51,883 bases of DNA from Clostridium sp. CAG:169. Its GTDB lineage: Bacteria > Bacillota > Clostridia > Oscillospirales > Ruminococcaceae. This document shows positions 27,449 through 36,190 of the stretch, piece after piece (the first letter of the stretch is position 1; each line of letters starts with the position of its first letter). Both the position numbers and the translations under genes were made by a program. The stretch spans positions 29,610 to 81,492 of the forward strand of contig FR880304.1 of NCBI GenBank assembly GCA_000435195.1, read 5' to 3'. The notes beneath the pieces are model-generated. The model had not been told where the DNA came from. It saw only the letters and a program-made list of their open reading frames with translations, and did not search any database.

Positions 27449-27871
27449 TTAAACCTCCTGACATTCTTCTGTGAAATAGCGCAAGTGATAGCCTTTCCAC
27501 TTGGCGCGTTTGATTTCTGCTTCCATACCGGATGAGATGCGGCTGCCGAATACCCAGACCTCAGCGCACTTGCTCATGAAGGCATTTCCGAAGAAAAGAC
27601 CAAGCTCACGTTCTTCTGGATTGTCATCATCAAGGAACTGCGGAAATAGCAGGTGCGGTGCGATAGGGATATATCCCTTGTCCACGGCAAAACGGCTGTA
27701 GCGTCTGGCATTGGCCACATTTGTCTCCACATCTCCAGAAAACGGAGAGCAGATGTAGACGATAGGCCGGAAGGCGCGTAGGGACTGCTTTTCATTTGCG
27801 GCAATCCGGGAGAGCGCTTCACCGGCAGTTGGATCAGGATAGCCTTCGCTGTTGCGATAATCGTTGCTCAC
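27449..27871 (-). CDS. DUF4406-like / nucleoside deoxyribosyltransferase-fold protein
   Basis: VYICSPFSGD...PIAPHL...C.EVWVFG..ISSGM..EI. Confidence 0.75.
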   Translation of the reverse strand: MSNDYRNSEGYPDPTAGEALSRIAANEKQSLRAFRPIVYICSPFSGDVETNVANARRYSRFAVDKGYIPIAPHLLFPQFLDDDNPEERELGLFFGNAFMSKCAEVWVFGSRISSGMEAEIKRAKWKGYHLRYFTEECQEV

Positions 27872-27918
27872 TCAAAAGTCCTCCTTTCCGGGCAGACTTA
27901 AAGGCGTCCACCTCCAAT

Positions 27919-27958
27919 TTCCACTGGAGATGAACGCCTGATTTGAGCGGACGATTTT
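27919..27958 (-). promoter_or_regulatory. 40-bp repeat, copy 1 (candidate phage-sigma promoter)
   Basis: 37/40 identical to 32434-32473; intergenic, upstream of the primase operon. Confidence 0.7.
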
Positions 27959-29946
27959 TAATCTTTTTTGTAGAAGGGCGTGGTGTAACCGTCTGAGCGG
28001 AGCTTCAGGCCTTCTGCCCACGGTGGAGTCCTGCCCATCTGTTCACAGAGAACGTCAAGTGACATGCGAGGGTCTGCTTCGATGACCAGTTCGTCGTGGA
28101 TATGCATGACGATGGAGCAGCAGCGCAGCGTCTTCATGGCATAGCCGAGAATGTCGCGGGAGGTTGCCTGCACGATATTTTCCACGAATTTCGGCCCGTA
28201 TGAATCGAGCCGTTCCCATTTTTTCGTGCTGCCGATGCCCTCATAGGTAATACACTCGCCTCCGAATTTATTTGTACCGACCTTTGGCTTTACATAGGCG
28301 AGGTTCCGTCCGGAGGGCAGCGTAATAAAGAGCATCCCGGAGCGGCAGGAGAAGGTAAGCCCGTAGCTGCTGGTTGTGTGTTTATACTTCACAGCCTCCA
28401 TGACAGCGCGGTCGACATCCCACCAGAATTTTACGATGTTGGGATTTGTCTGCCGCCATGCGTCCACCAGCGGAGGAAACTCATCCTCGGAAAGTCCCAT
28501 CTCTATAGCGCCCATTGCCTTTAAGGCTCCGACCGAGCCGCCGTAGCCGAGCGCGAGTTCCGCGATTTTGCCTTTTTGACGCAGGTGGCCGTTAATGCCA
28601 TGCTTCTCAACCGGAACATGGAACATCTGACTGGCACTGGCGCAGTAGATGTCACCTCCGGTTTCAAAGACTTTTTGACGCCACGTCTCACCGGCATACC
28701 ACGCGATGACTCTTGCTTCGATGGCGCTGAAGTCGGAAACATAAAACTGCGTACCGTTCTTCGGGATAAATGCTGTCCGGATCAGCTGAGAGAGTGTGTC
28801 CGGAACGTCCTCATATAAGAGTTTCACGGCATCGAAGTCGCCGGATTTTACAAGAGCGCGTGCGTCGGCCAGATCCGGGAGATGATTTTGTGGGAGGTTT
28901 TGTAATTGTATAAGCCTGCCTGCCCAGCGTCCGGTACGATTAGCACCGTAAAAAGCGAACATGCCGCGAGCCCTGCCGTCATCACAGACCGCACGCTCCA
29001 TCGTCTGATACTTCTTGACGGAGGATTTGGCAAGCTGCTGTCGGAGTTCCAGAACGGTCTGAAGTTCGGGTGGAGCGGTTTTGATAAGCTCTGCCACGAC
29101 TTTCTTTCCAAGGCTGTCAGTTTCGAGCCCGTTATCGGAAAGCCACTGTTTCATTTGCTGGACGGAGTTTGGATTATCAAGTGCTGTCATATCTTTCATG
29201 GCAGCAGTCAGTTCTGACCGGGAGCGGGTGTCCATTTCGATGGCTTCTTTTACAAGATCCATATCGAGCCGGACACCTCTGTCGTTGATTTCCTGATCGA
29301 TGTGGTATTCATCCCAGACTTCCTCCGGCACAGGGAATTTTGCAAGTCGATCCTTAATGCTGATCTCGGTTTCCACATCGCGGATGTTATATTTTTTGAA
29401 GGCCTCCCACTTGTCCGGTGCATGGAAAGGGTGGTTCCTTGTGCGACCGCCGTTTGTTTTCGTCGGAGCACAGGGCACGGAGAAGTATTTGATCAGGTCT
29501 TTTCCCTCCGTGAGTTTCTGTTTTTCAAGACCAAGGACGGCACCGACGCCTTCCAGAGAGAGCGGCAGTCCCATTGTGGCTGCCCAGACCATAGAGCAGC
29601 GCCAGCTTTCGGGATTTAAGAAGCGTGCGCATTCGGTCGAGAGAGGATGGTTATCATGGAAGGTATCAAGGCTTACTCCAAGATCACGGAGATATCGGGA
29701 TAAGCACACCCGTTCAAAATTTGCGTTGAAAGCCCATTTGATGACAGTATCATCGGTCAGGGCATCTATAATTTCCTGCGGCAGACGTTCTCCCTGTGCA
29801 AGGTCAATGACCGTCACCTCGGAGCCGTCGGCGCTGTAGCCGAACAGCAGTATCTCAAAATCCGGTGACTCGGCATATTTATATACGCCACATTTGGATA
29901 GGTTCACGTCGCTGTAGGTTTCGATATCAATACTGAGTGTTTGCAT
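27958..29946 (-). CDS. Phage family A DNA polymerase with 3'-5' exonuclease
   Basis: SIDIETY, RTGRWAG...QLQNLP, SDFSAIEAR, RQKGKIAELALGYG, HIHDE. Confidence 0.95.
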   Translation of the reverse strand: MQTLSIDIETYSDVNLSKCGVYKYAESPDFEILLFGYSADGSEVTVIDLAQGERLPQEIIDALTDDTVIKWAFNANFERVCLSRYLRDLGVSLDTFHDNHPLSTECARFLNPESWRCSMVWAATMGLPLSLEGVGAVLGLEKQKLTEGKDLIKYFSVPCAPTKTNGGRTRNHPFHAPDKWEAFKKYNIRDVETEISIKDRLAKFPVPEEVWDEYHIDQEINDRGVRLDMDLVKEAIEMDTRSRSELTAAMKDMTALDNPNSVQQMKQWLSDNGLETDSLGKKVVAELIKTAPPELQTVLELRQQLAKSSVKKYQTMERAVCDDGRARGMFAFYGANRTGRWAGRLIQLQNLPQNHLPDLADARALVKSGDFDAVKLLYEDVPDTLSQLIRTAFIPKNGTQFYVSDFSAIEARVIAWYAGETWRQKVFETGGDIYCASASQMFHVPVEKHGINGHLRQKGKIAELALGYGGSVGALKAMGAIEMGLSEDEFPPLVDAWRQTNPNIVKFWWDVDRAVMEAVKYKHTTSSYGLTFSCRSGMLFITLPSGRNLAYVKPKVGTNKFGGECITYEGIGSTKKWERLDSYGPKFVENIVQATSRDILGYAMKTLRCCSIVMHIHDELVIEADPRMSLDVLCEQMGRTPPWAEGLKLRSDGYTTPFYKKD

Positions 29947-30010
29947 AGATTTTCACCTCAATTCAAACAAGCGGCTTAAGATCACTCCTAAGCCGCCTGC
30001 CGTTACTGGA

Positions 30011-30202
30011 TTATTTCAGGGATTCCATACGCTTGATATGGTATTCGTCGTCCTGCGCGGCCTTTTTCTCCTCACGCTTCTCGCGCTTGAAGTCATTGAT
30101 CACCGTCTGGATGGCGACCACTGCCCAAGACAGGACTACGATGCAGAAGCACCCGATCAGAATGTTGCAGAGAAGGGATGAAATCATAACTGTGCTTTCC
30201 AT
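30011..30202 (-). CDS. Small membrane protein
   Basis: AAAGGAG RBS; one hydrophobic helix with a charged tail. Confidence 0.62.
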   Translation of the reverse strand: MESTVMISSLLCNILIGCFCIVVLSWAVVAIQTVINDFKREKREEKKAAQDDEYHIKRMESLK

Positions 30203-30220
30203 TGTTTTGCGCTCCTTTCC

Positions 30221-30793
30221 TTAGTTGAGAAAATCTTCATCGTCGTCAGTAGCAAAGTCGGACTCAGCGCTTGCCTTGCCGCCAAGGGGCTCACCGTCGC
30301 GGATCTTCTGCAGGTTGTTGAGCCCGCAGGCGATTCCCTTGTTGCCGGAAGAGTTGAAAGCATAAAACGTGATGCTGGCTCTGCCGTACACGCCGCTGTA
30401 CACTTCGGAGCGGGTGAGAATCGGATTCAGGTCTGCGTCCACGATGCCGGGTGCAGAGGTTGCATTGGCGTTGACGAAGTAGGCGTTCTTGTAGGCCTCG
30501 TCGTCCGGACGTTCTGCATCGCCGTCGCGCAGAGGAGTCTTCAAAACAGAGAGCGCCGGTACGGACTTGCCGTTGCCTTTGAGTTTGGCCTCGCCCTCCT
30601 TGTAGGCAACCTCGATAGCAGCCTGAATCTTGGCGATGGTCTTGGTGTCGGACTTCGGGATGATGAGGCTCACGCTGTACTTGGGAGTGCCGCCGTTGAT
30701 AGACTTCGGCTCCCAGACGTTTGCGTAGCTCCAGCGGGTGTCAACACCGGTGATAACCTTCATGGGATTGCTGATTTTTACATTTTTACTCAT
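30221..30793 (-). CDS. DUF2815 single-stranded DNA-binding protein (gp2.5-like)
   Basis: RWSYANVWEP...KYSVSLIIPK...PLRDGD...YSGVYGR...GLNNLQK, acidic tail. Confidence 0.9.
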   Translation of the reverse strand: MSKNVKISNPMKVITGVDTRWSYANVWEPKSINGGTPKYSVSLIIPKSDTKTIAKIQAAIEVAYKEGEAKLKGNGKSVPALSVLKTPLRDGDAERPDDEAYKNAYFVNANATSAPGIVDADLNPILTRSEVYSGVYGRASITFYAFNSSGNKGIACGLNNLQKIRDGEPLGGKASAESDFATDDDEDFLN

Positions 30794-31925
30794 TGTCGTT
30801 TTCCTCCATAAAATCATTTTTTGCTGTATTCATGGCCGGGCGCTTGTCGCTAACCGGCACAAGTGTGGGTTTGCCCTGCGGCTTTTCGATGTAAGCCGTC
30901 AGGAGTTCATCAAAGCGGGACTTGCCGAGGAGCTTCTGCATGGCGGTAATGCCGAGCAGCTTTTTCTCATACGGGTCAAAGCCTGCTTTCTCGACCGCGT
31001 CAATGACAGCGGCCTCATTGCTGTATCTGCGGTTGCTTCGTCCTTCGACGAGCTTGAAACCTGTCCATTCCTTACCGGAGAGAGCCTGCTGCAGAGCGTA
31101 TTCCTTAATATCGGAAGCCCAGCTAACCAGTTCATCTACCTTGCTGAGAATGACCTCGATCTCGGTATCCGTAAGCAGTGGTGGGAGCTTGAAATCATGC
31201 TGCGCGAGCTTCAGATTTGCCTCGGCTCTGGCGCGGCACTCGTTCTTAGCCTTGCAGAAGCCGCACCATTCACCGCACAGGAAGTTCCCGTCACCGGCAA
31301 AAGCCAAATCTGCGGTGGGCTTTAAGACTTCATCCGCCCAGCGGTACAAGTCGTCCTTGCTGATTTCGTAGGTGCTGATGTTCTGACGCCTCGGCTGGTA
31401 GATAGTCATGGAAACCTGTTCGATGTCGTAAATGTCATCGAAAAGCTCCAAAGCGCCGAGGGCATAACATTGCATCTGCGGATTCTCCTCTGCGGAGACT
31501 AAGACGCCTAAGCCATGCTTGTAGTCGATTACCCGGAGTGTACCGTCTGCAATAATGATGCAATCGGCGGTTCCGAAGCCCTGTTCTACCCAGCGGGAGA
31601 AGTCTACACGCTGTTCGATAAGAACTACCGGGTCAGCACAGGTCTCTTTGGCGGCTTCGATCTGCTCCAGCACATATTCGGCATAGCCGCTGGTGCAGTC
31701 CTCCATCTCCTCGGAATACCACTTGAGGCTGTTGGTCGGGTCTTCTGAAGGAAGTCCCAGCGCGATTTTCAATTTGTGCTCGCCAGGTGCATGAGCGTCA
31801 GTGCCTTCTGCAGCGTAGTCTGATCCTTTGTCCTCATAGGTTTCGCAGAGCCTTGCCGACGGCGGGCAGTGCAGCCACCTGTCGGAGCTGGACGCGGACA
31901 GGATTGCGTGTGCTTTAGCTGCCAT
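30786..31925 (-). CDS. DUF2800 Cas4-like PD-(D/E)xK exonuclease
   Basis: HAILSASSS.RW..CPPS, GTADC...IDYKHG, QMQCYALG, WCGFCKAK..CRAR. Confidence 0.9.
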   Translation of the reverse strand: MAAKAHAILSASSSDRWLHCPPSARLCETYEDKGSDYAAEGTDAHAPGEHKLKIALGLPSEDPTNSLKWYSEEMEDCTSGYAEYVLEQIEAAKETCADPVVLIEQRVDFSRWVEQGFGTADCIIIADGTLRVIDYKHGLGVLVSAEENPQMQCYALGALELFDDIYDIEQVSMTIYQPRRQNISTYEISKDDLYRWADEVLKPTADLAFAGDGNFLCGEWCGFCKAKNECRARAEANLKLAQHDFKLPPLLTDTEIEVILSKVDELVSWASDIKEYALQQALSGKEWTGFKLVEGRSNRRYSNEAAVIDAVEKAGFDPYEKKLLGITAMQKLLGKSRFDELLTAYIEKPQGKPTLVPVSDKRPAMNTAKNDFMEENDNE

Positions 31926-32244
31926 TGCCGATCACCTCCGCGTCCTTCATCAGGGCTTCATAGTTCGCCGGATCGATCTCCGAGAGCTTTGCGGCACCGT
32001 ACTTTTTTAGCAGGGAGCGTACTTCTGCGGTATGACCGGCGCGGGACTTCTCAGCAAGGACGGCTCTTACGTCCTCCAGCTTGAGTTCAGGCTTCGGTTC
32101 CTTCTTGGCGGGGGCTTCAGTGGCCTGCGCTTCATTGTCATCACCGGAAAACTGCTGGTAGAGCCAGTCGGCTGCGGCATTAATAGAAGCAGCAGCGGTG
32201 CGGAGCTCTTCGATGGTCTGTGCCATTTCTGCCATCTTTGACAT
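31915..32244 (-). CDS. Conserved phage replication-module protein
   Basis: LEDVRAVLAEKSRAG....VRSLLKKYGA.KLSEIDP..Y. Confidence 0.78.
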   Translation of the reverse strand: MSKMAEMAQTIEELRTAAASINAAADWLYQQFSGDDNEAQATEAPAKKEPKPELKLEDVRAVLAEKSRAGHTAEVRSLLKKYGAAKLSEIDPANYEALMKDAEVIGNGS

Positions 32245-32386
32245 TTTCTTTTCCTCCTTCCTCGGATTGGCTTGCGGCAAGGAGTGAGAGGTTCCTTGCC
32301 AGTCTGGCGGATACGTGACTGATGGAATTCAGGAGCTTGATCTCCTCGTTCACGTTGCCACCTGTGTCTGCGTAACTGCGAATCAT
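32180..32386 (-). CDS. Hypothetical protein
   Basis: GAGGTG RBS; first gene after repeat 32434-32473. Confidence 0.5.
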   Translation of the reverse strand: MIRSYADTGGNVNEEIKLLNSISHVSARLARNLSLLAASQSEEGGKENVKDGRNGTDHRRAPHRCCFY

Positions 32387-32433
32387 CTGTTGTTCACCTC
32401 GCTTTCTGAAGGCTGTGTTCTCTTGCCTTCACC

Positions 32434-32473
32434 TTCCACTGGAGATGAACTGCTGATTTGAGCGGAGGATTTT
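32434..32473 (-). promoter_or_regulatory. 40-bp repeat, copy 2 (candidate phage-sigma promoter)
   Basis: Matches 27919-27958; upstream of the nuclease/SSB/PolA operon. Confidence 0.7.
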
Positions 32474-32475
32474 AT

Positions 32476-32520
32476 AAAAATATTCCGACCACAATCCGAA
32501 AGAGGGACAGTGGCCGGAAA
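32476..32520 (-). terminator. Terminator after the sigma-like gene
   Basis: Minus strand TTCCGGCCAC...GTGGTCGGAA then TATTTTT. Confidence 0.55.
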
Positions 32521-32531
32521 TGGTGTGATGA

Positions 32532-33050
32532 TTACTTGTTTTCGATCTTATGAAGCTCGGTGTAGTAGCGCTTCATTTGGTCAGCAAAGGTACGCTGCGG
32601 GCGACCGAGGGCTTCCGCGATCTTACGATCTGAAATCTTAGGATTGTCGAGACGCATCTGGATAATGCGGTCTGCATCCGGGTCAAGCTCACGGAAACGG
32701 GCAATGAGGTGCTTCAGTAGGTCGCGGTCAGCGTAGATATCTTCTATAGAAGGTTTGCTGTCCGGGATGTAATCGCCGAGGGTACCATTGCCGTCCGGAA
32801 GCGGCTCGTCGAGGGAAGTGGTATCGGGAGCGTGGTATTCGCACAGGTCGCACTGCCCGTCGCATTTCCAGAGATAGCGTTTGGTGCACATGCAACGTCC
32901 ATGATATTGCTCGCGTTTTTGTGTTGCCCAGATATCTGGGTAGAGGGCGCGATATTGCTCCTCTGTGATAGGGGTGAGTGTGACCTTGAAGGGATTCTCC
33001 GGGTCACGAAGTGGAAAGTAACGCTGGTTGTCATTGTTTTTCTTATTCAT
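32532..33050 (-). CDS. Phage sigma-70 region-4-like factor with Cys cluster
   Basis: CMC...CDGQCDLC, SLDEP, C-terminal HTH SDRKIAEALGRPQRTF. Confidence 0.75.
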   Translation of the reverse strand: MNKKNNDNQRYFPLRDPENPFKVTLTPITEEQYRALYPDIWATQKREQYHGRCMCTKRYLWKCDGQCDLCEYHAPDTTSLDEPLPDGNGTLGDYIPDSKPSIEDIYADRDLLKHLIARFRELDPDADRIIQMRLDNPKISDRKIAEALGRPQRTFADQMKRYYTELHKIENK

Positions 33051-33053
33051 AAT

Positions 33054-33186
33054 TCAACTCCTTTGGATTTGTTGAAATCCGCAGGAGCCGATTTATGTCC
33101 GAAGAGACAGAAAGACGGTCAAAGGCACAGTCCTCCCTGTTGGGATGAAACTATGTCCTTGGCCGTCATGCAGCTCTGCGGACTTC
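33054..33186 (-). ncRNA. Candidate structured cis-regulatory RNA leader of the sigma-like gene
   Basis: Nested helices with G-U pairs that work only on the minus strand; alternative pairing covers the RBS. Confidence 0.55.
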
Positions 33187-33205
33187 TATTTATTTATGGA
33201 TCGGG

Positions 33206-33421
33206 TTAAGCAGCAATTTTGTAGCTGTGTACTTTGAAAGCCGAAGTGGTGATCCGTGTCACGACGGTTCTTGTGTTGTCTCTCTCGACAGTGAAGGTCT
33301 CACCGACTGACAGGTAGGCTGTCGTGCGATGACCTTTATACAGCGAGGAGACGTAACCGGTCGCCGCATTGCCGCGGCAAGCTAAACGACCGAGACAGTC
33401 TCGGATTTCTTCCATCCGCAT
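33206..33421 (-). CDS. Hypothetical protein
   Basis: Perfect AAAGGAGG RBS; 71 aa. Confidence 0.65.
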   Translation of the reverse strand: MRMEEIRDCLGRLACRGNAATGYVSSLYKGHRTTAYLSVGETFTVERDNTRTVVTRITTSAFKVHSYKIAA

Positions 33422-33503
33422 TCCTCCTTTCTTAAATTCATAAATTAGCGGCTCCGCTTTTTAGCGAAGTGTTGCCCTAAAAAAAGAGGAGCTGGTACAT
33501 GGC

Positions 33504-34220
33504 TCAAGAGAGGAGTCCCAGCTCCGAGAGTCTTATCGCTGCAGAAGTTTGCGATACCTGATAGAATCCGGCGAACTGTTCCAGAATCCATTTTGACTTG
33601 GGAATCAGTCCAGCGGATACAAATTTGTTTTTCTTACTGCGGTCGATGATCATCTGAAATCCGTCAGCTATCGTTTCTTTTGGCATAAGTATGCGAGGGG
33701 CAATACCATTTGCCTGCCATTCGAGCCAATCTACGTCGGTCCAAACATCTTTGAAGGTTTCGTCGTCCTTAGCTTCAACGGGACAGCGTTGAGCTACGGC
33801 TCGTCCTCCCTTTAATGCCTCCATTGCCAGAAAGTAATTTCGATGATAAATCCAGTGAACACATTCATGTGCTACGGTATTACGGCGGCTTCCAAAGTTA
33901 CGCTTCAAGTAGGTGTCCGGATCAATGATCATGGTCTTTGCCTTAACGAACACTTCCCGATATTCATCTCCAGATGGATCGTAGATTTCAACAAGCCCAT
34001 CGGTAAAGCACATCTGGCCGAGAATACTAAGGTTCTCGGATAGGTGATATTCCTTGATGAGCAGATGCAGTTTATCTCTTGCGATCTCTTCGATAGGAAC
34101 GGGCATAGGCTTTTCGAGCGCCTCCGGACAGTGCTGCGCTAAGATTTCTGCTGCCTTGTCGTCGAATTCGGATTTGTACATCCGAGGGACAAGGGAGCTA
34201 AGATACGCTTCTTTTGTCAT
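33504..34220 (-). CDS. ImmA/IrrE-family metallopeptidase (anti-repressor)
   Basis: PVPIEEI, RRNTVAHECVHW (HExxH), EWQAN..A..ILMP, VS..SAAIRL. Confidence 0.9.
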   Translation of the reverse strand: MTKEAYLSSLVPRMYKSEFDDKAAEILAQHCPEALEKPMPVPIEEIARDKLHLLIKEYHLSENLSILGQMCFTDGLVEIYDPSGDEYREVFVKAKTMIIDPDTYLKRNFGSRRNTVAHECVHWIYHRNYFLAMEALKGGRAVAQRCPVEAKDDETFKDVWTDVDWLEWQANGIAPRILMPKETIADGFQMIIDRSKKNKFVSAGLIPKSKWILEQFAGFYQVSQTSAAIRLSELGLLS

Positions 34221-34222
34221 AC

Positions 34223-34606
34223 TTATCCTTTCTTCTCGATTTCTTCCAGAACGCGCTGCCAAAAGTCATCACCGAGTTTTTTATCGCTGGCTTTACGGAG
34301 AGCAGCACGAACATGCGGAATGTTTTCATCCATAATGTACTCTGGAAGATCCGGAGCGGCCTCATTCCGTTCGCGACCAGCAAGGTCGAACATCTCTGCG
34401 CGTTCCTCATCCGTTAGGCGGAGAACATCTGCTATCTTAAGCAGCATGCTCATTTCCGGAGGATTTCGTCTGCCTTTGATGATGTCGGAGAGATAAGTAG
34501 CGGTAGTTCCCATCGCCTGAGCAATATCCTTTAGAAGAATATCGCCGCCGTCAGAAGCACGTCCGAGCCTCTTCTCGTTGATGAATTTTCCAAAATCGCC
34601 TGTCAT
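34223..34606 (-). CDS. Xre-family HTH repressor
   Basis: LKDIAQAMGTTATYLSDIIKGRRNPP; paired with ImmA. Confidence 0.88.
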   Translation of the reverse strand: MTGDFGKFINEKRLGRASDGGDILLKDIAQAMGTTATYLSDIIKGRRNPPEMSMLLKIADVLRLTDEERAEMFDLAGRERNEAAPDLPEYIMDENIPHVRAALRKASDKKLGDDFWQRVLEEIEKKG

Positions 34607-34629
34607 AGTAAAATCTCCTTTTTTCGTCA

Positions 34630-34685
34630 ATTAGCGACTTCGCTAATCTGCTTATTAGTATAGCGAGAAAATGTGGATTTGTCAA
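34630..34685 (-). promoter_or_regulatory. Sigma-A promoter with downstream palindromic operator for the repressor/ImmA operon
   Basis: TTGACA (34680-34685) N17 TATACT (34657-34662); palindrome ATTAGCGA-CT-TCGCTAAT at 34630-34647. Confidence 0.8.
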
Positions 34686-34691
34686 GAGGGT

Positions 34692-34727
34692 AAAAGAAAA
34701 AGCCACGCTGCTTTTCACAACGTGGCT
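34692..34727 (-). terminator. Terminator of the kinase-GNAT-ASCH operon
   Basis: Minus strand AGCCACGTTG-loop-CAGCGTGGCT then TTTTCTTTT. Confidence 0.75.
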
Positions 34728-34733
34728 CCTGAA

Positions 34734-35105
34734 CTAATCCAGATATACAAATGACTGTGGGGCCTGACTGATTCCATAATCGGAGAGTTCTTTAGGGGTT
34801 TCGTATATTATTACGTCTTTGAGCTTGTAAGCAATGGCCTTATCTTTTCCGGCATAGTAGGAGAAGTAGAATTTCTTAGTAATGCCAGCTGCCGTTTTTG
34901 CAATTTCCCATATCTCCTTTGGAGTGCCCTCAAGAATTCTATCTATGGTAGCTTCACCAACCACCTGCTTCTGAGGGGATGATGCGTAAAAGATAATGCG
35001 GTTCACACCATCCTTTGGCTTGCTCTTGCGAAATTCGTATTGTTTTTTGCCTTCCAGTATTACTTTGGCATATTTAGGTTTAATCGATAATAACATTGTC
35101 GACAT
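34734..35105 (-). CDS. ASCH (PUA-like) domain protein
   Basis: LLSIKPKY...ILEGKKQYEFRK (GxKxxExR), IFYASSP...VGE, APQSFVY. Confidence 0.88.
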   Translation of the reverse strand: MSTMLLSIKPKYAKVILEGKKQYEFRKSKPKDGVNRIIFYASSPQKQVVGEATIDRILEGTPKEIWEIAKTAAGITKKFYFSYYAGKDKAIAYKLKDVIIYETPKELSDYGISQAPQSFVYLD

Positions 35106-36177
35106 CGATGTTGCCCTCCCGTAGAATTGTCTCAAATTGACTTCTCGTGTAACGGAAATTCATCGGGTGGGTTCCGGGCCAGCAATCATTATCCTTCAAC
35201 CATTTCCAGTTCACATTATTCCCAGCGCCGAAATAGCCGTAGTAAAGTAGCTCAATCAGCGTTAGAGAAGCCCATGTATCATATTTTATTTTCAGTTCGT
35301 CTTCGTCGTATACGGACTTGTTCCCGACCATATGAAGGAACTCATCATAGGTGCAAAGGGCCTGTCCGTTTGACTTTATCTTTTCAATTCTTGTCGCCAC
35401 GCAATATGATGTTATGACAGATTTATATCCCGGACGACCGTCGGTGCCAGTGTATTTACGATAAATCAATACCGGCTCTCCGACCTTAAAAGCCAAGCTG
35501 TAAGGCTTTCCGATGTAAACCTTTTTTAGCCCATTTGCCACGCTGATGTCAACGCGTTCTTGCAACGTGTGCGCAAGTTCAGATGATGCAAACATTGTGT
35601 CATGGTAGGCCATGTCAATTGCGAGGCATCCTGCGTACTGCATTTGATTGTTTAAGAAAGGGAATGCTTTGCATGGATCACTAAAATCGAGGTTTCTACG
35701 ATCTTTAATGTATACTCGCTCGCCATTCAAATTATTACCAACGTGTGCAAAGCCATATTTTTCGAGAAGAAAGATCAGGCTGGTGTGCTTCTCAAATACA
35801 GTCACATATATTTCATCGGTACCGAGATCTCTCCACTGCCAAAGTGTTAAGCCAAGCGCACCCTCGCCAATTCTTTGATGACGATATCGCTCATCAATTT
35901 TGATTGTAGTGATTTTAAGTCGAGCTACTTTAGGCAGTATGGTGCCGTCGGCAAGTTTAATTTCTTCGGCTTCAGCGGGCTTGAGATTAACAAAAGCGCC
36001 AATACCCTGATCATCTTCAAAAACCAGAGCTTTCTTGCCATCTGCAGCTTTTGCAGCAAACCATTTTACAAAACTGGTACTGGTTGAGGTTCCCGGATAA
36101 TCGGCTTTTAAAGAATCAAAGAAGGGATCATCGAGACTAATCTCGGAGAATAGCTTTCGCTCAAATTTGCCTGCCAT
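35080..36177 (-). CDS. GNAT acetyltransferase fused to an EVE/PUA-like domain
   Basis: DDPFFDSLKADY, KITTIKI...RYRHQRIGE (motif A-like), LEKYGF; C-terminal KVYI...FKVGEPVLIYR. Confidence 0.78.
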   Translation of the reverse strand: MAGKFERKLFSEISLDDPFFDSLKADYPGTSTSTSFVKWFAAKAADGKKALVFEDDQGIGAFVNLKPAEAEEIKLADGTILPKVARLKITTIKIDERYRHQRIGEGALGLTLWQWRDLGTDEIYVTVFEKHTSLIFLLEKYGFAHVGNNLNGERVYIKDRRNLDFSDPCKAFPFLNNQMQYAGCLAIDMAYHDTMFASSELAHTLQERVDISVANGLKKVYIGKPYSLAFKVGEPVLIYRKYTGTDGRPGYKSVITSYCVATRIEKIKSNGQALCTYDEFLHMVGNKSVYDEDELKIKYDTWASLTLIELLYYGYFGAGNNVNWKWLKDNDCWPGTHPMNFRYTRSQFETILREGNIDVDNVIID

Positions 36178-36190
36178 AAACAGCTCCTCC

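Noticed and set aside
30786..31925. Cas4-like gene as evidence of CRISPR-Cas
   Set aside because: No array or other cas genes; standard member of the PolA/SSB phage replication module
33504..34606. HTH plus metallopeptidase as a toxin-antitoxin defence system
   Set aside because: Position at the head of the lytic cascade and flanking operators fit an ImmR/ImmA-type prophage switch better
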